Source of the DNA: Negaprion brevirostris
Taxonomy: Eukaryota
NCBI GenBank assembly: GCA_030324005.1
Contig: JARDVH010000163.1
Span: 23,476,143 to 23,540,142 of the forward strand
Direction: 5' to 3'
Length of the DNA stretch: 64,000 bases
This document shows, in pieces, positions 62,145 to 64,000 of this stretch; the first letter of the stretch is position 1, and every line of letters begins with the position of its first letter. Made by a program: the position numbers and the translations under genes. Under the pieces are notes generated by a model. That model ran no database searches and was not told the origin of the DNA. It saw only the letters and a program-made list of their open reading frames with translations.

Positions 62145-64000
62145 ACATATGAACATATGGAACAGGAGCTGAAGTGGGCCATTTGAACCTACTCTGTCAT
62201 TCAATAAGGATCATGGCTGACCTGTTTGTGTTTCGAGTTCCATGTTCCCAGCCGCCCTGATAACTTTTGATTCCCTTGCCTAATAAGATTCTATCTACCT
62301 CTGTATACTGGCTTCCACCACCTTCTAAGGCTGAGAGTTCCAAACTCAACCCTCACAAAAACAACTTTGTCCTACAAGGATGAAGAACCCCTAATTTTAA
62401 AATGGTGCATCCTAGTTCTGGACTCGCCTACAAGTGGAACATCTTTTCCATGTCCATCTTGTCAAAGCTATCGTATATACTTTAATCAAGTCAGCACTCA
62501 CTGTTCTAAACTCGAGTGGAAACAAGCCCAGCCTATCCTCATAAGACAACTTGTTCATTCCACTTATCAATTTAGTAAACCTCTGAACTGCCTCCAACTC
62601 GTTTACATCCTTCCTTAAATAAGGAGACCAGCATTTAAGGTGTGGGCTGGAATTCTCCCCAAAATATTCTAAGTGTCGAATTTGTGTGAAAGCTGGAGTA
62701 ATTCAGGCTGCTTTTTTTTCAGTGGATATTCAGAGAAGAATCTCCCAGACTCTGTGCGCTGCAGAGGCCACTAGTGTGAATATCATTAAATTTCAGGAGG
62801 TGGGGCCTATCTCTGCTGGAGAGGCTGAAACCAGCACGCTCAGCTGGCCACTACATGTGCCAATCTGTCAGCACCAAGATTGGCGCATGTACAGTAGCCC
62901 CACGCTGCTGGTCTCCCGAATACTGGCCAGCTCAATCCAGCCCCTCACCCTCCCACAGTCCCAAATACCCCCCCACCATCTGACCCGCACCCACCCTGAT
63001 CACTGCCCCCTCTCCTTCGCCCAATGATCCCTATGCAGAGTGGCAGTGGGAACTCCCCACCCCCACTGACTGTCAGGCTCTGCCATCACAGGCCCCACCC
63101 CTTGGCACTGTCACATGCCTGATGGATAGTCCCACGCTCTCCCCTGGGCATTGGCATCTTGGCCCTTGGATGGTGCCATGGGGCACAGGTTGGCACAGCC
63201 AAGGTGCCAGTGCCCAGAGGGCACCCACCTGTTGCCCAACCCTCTGGAGGGCCCCAATCACCTCCCCCATCTCATTCACTTTGACGGGGTCAGGCCGCCA
63301 ACTCTCTGAAAGTGAAATGAACCACTGACGGGGGAGGGGAAGATGCTAGCTAAGTCCCGGGCCCACTAATCATATTTAAATTATATTAAAATCCCTCCAG
63401 CATACTTACCGCAGCTCTGCACCTATTTCTGGTACGGAGATGACTGTGCCAGAAATCTGGCACTGGGAGAGGCACTCGAGGCCGGACGCCCAGCGCAGAT
63501 CATGGTAATCCAGCCCCACCAAAATCTCCCATCTAATTTATTAGCACAGCGGGATGGGAGAATCATCCCGATGGGCTCACCGATGCCTTGTATAACTGAG
63601 GTATAACAACATCCTTTCTATTATACTCAATTCCTCTCATACTAATGGATAGCATTCCGTTACCCTTCTTGATTACATGCTGTACTGGCAGCTTTTAGTA
63701 ATTCATACATGAGAATACTGGGATATGTCTGTACCCTAGAATTCTGCACTCACTCTCCATTTTGCTTCCTACCAAAGTGAAAAATTTAGCACTTTCCCAC
63801 TTTATACTCCATCTGCTAGTTTTTTGCCCACCCATTCAACCTGTCTAAATTCATCAGTTACCCATGTCTTGCTCTCCTCGTCTAAGTTACTGATATAAGT
63901 CATAAAACATTGAAGCCCCAGCACAGGTTCCTGTGAGACTCCACTCGTCATAAGCTGCCAATCAGACATTTATGCATTCTGTTTTCAGCCAGGCTGATAT
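62145..64000 (-). mobile_element. CR1 3' portion split by a DNA element
   Basis: ORF 62412: EAVQRFTKLISGMNKLSYEDRLGLFPLEFR; reverse GVSQEPVLG motif near 63915-63945. Confidence 0.85.
62645..63570. mobile_element. Non-autonomous DNA transposon (same family as 38797-39769) nested in CR1
   Basis: TIRs ggctggaattctccc / gggagaatcatcccg; flanks gtg/atg; removing it restores CR1 'aggtgtgggctcacc'. Confidence 0.75.

Noticed and set aside
1-64000. CRISPR array, operon or other prokaryotic/viral system
   Set aside because: No regularly spaced repeats, no long intact ORFs, and vertebrate-type repeat content throughout

Overview
Eukaryotic, CpG-depleted, repeat-rich DNA from a draft assembly with many N gaps. 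The repeat inventory (HE1-type V-SINEs with CR1/HER1-type tails, SacSINE1-type DeuSINEs, abundant CR1, L2, RTE, Rex1/Babar and Penelope fragments) points to a shark or other elasmobranch. Repeat family names come from recalled consensus motifs, not from a database search. There is no complete gene, no RNA gene and no prokaryotic system; almost all ORF-track entries are chance ORFs or decayed retroelement pieces. The window looks like the 5' intronic region of one large + strand gene with alternative promoters. Two short ATG-to-donor exons end in phase 0: 16655-16702 (MNDQSEYQRLSSEEEE) and 40712-40774 (MRRFDKLKRSFPFLARFHVYK, behind a GC-box/CCAAT cluster). Weaker phase-0 candidates lie at 37979 and 55771. 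I could not name the gene. Other points of note: a CpG-undepleted, stop-free L2-group LINE fragment (12665-13085; young, horizontally acquired or contaminant), a probable heterozygous CR1 insertion (29321-29633), degenerate hammerhead-like cores in Penelope-associated repeats, a perfect 34-bp palindrome, and ancient AmnSINE2-/LF-SINE-like copies. I see no convincing evidence of a wholly new biological system.
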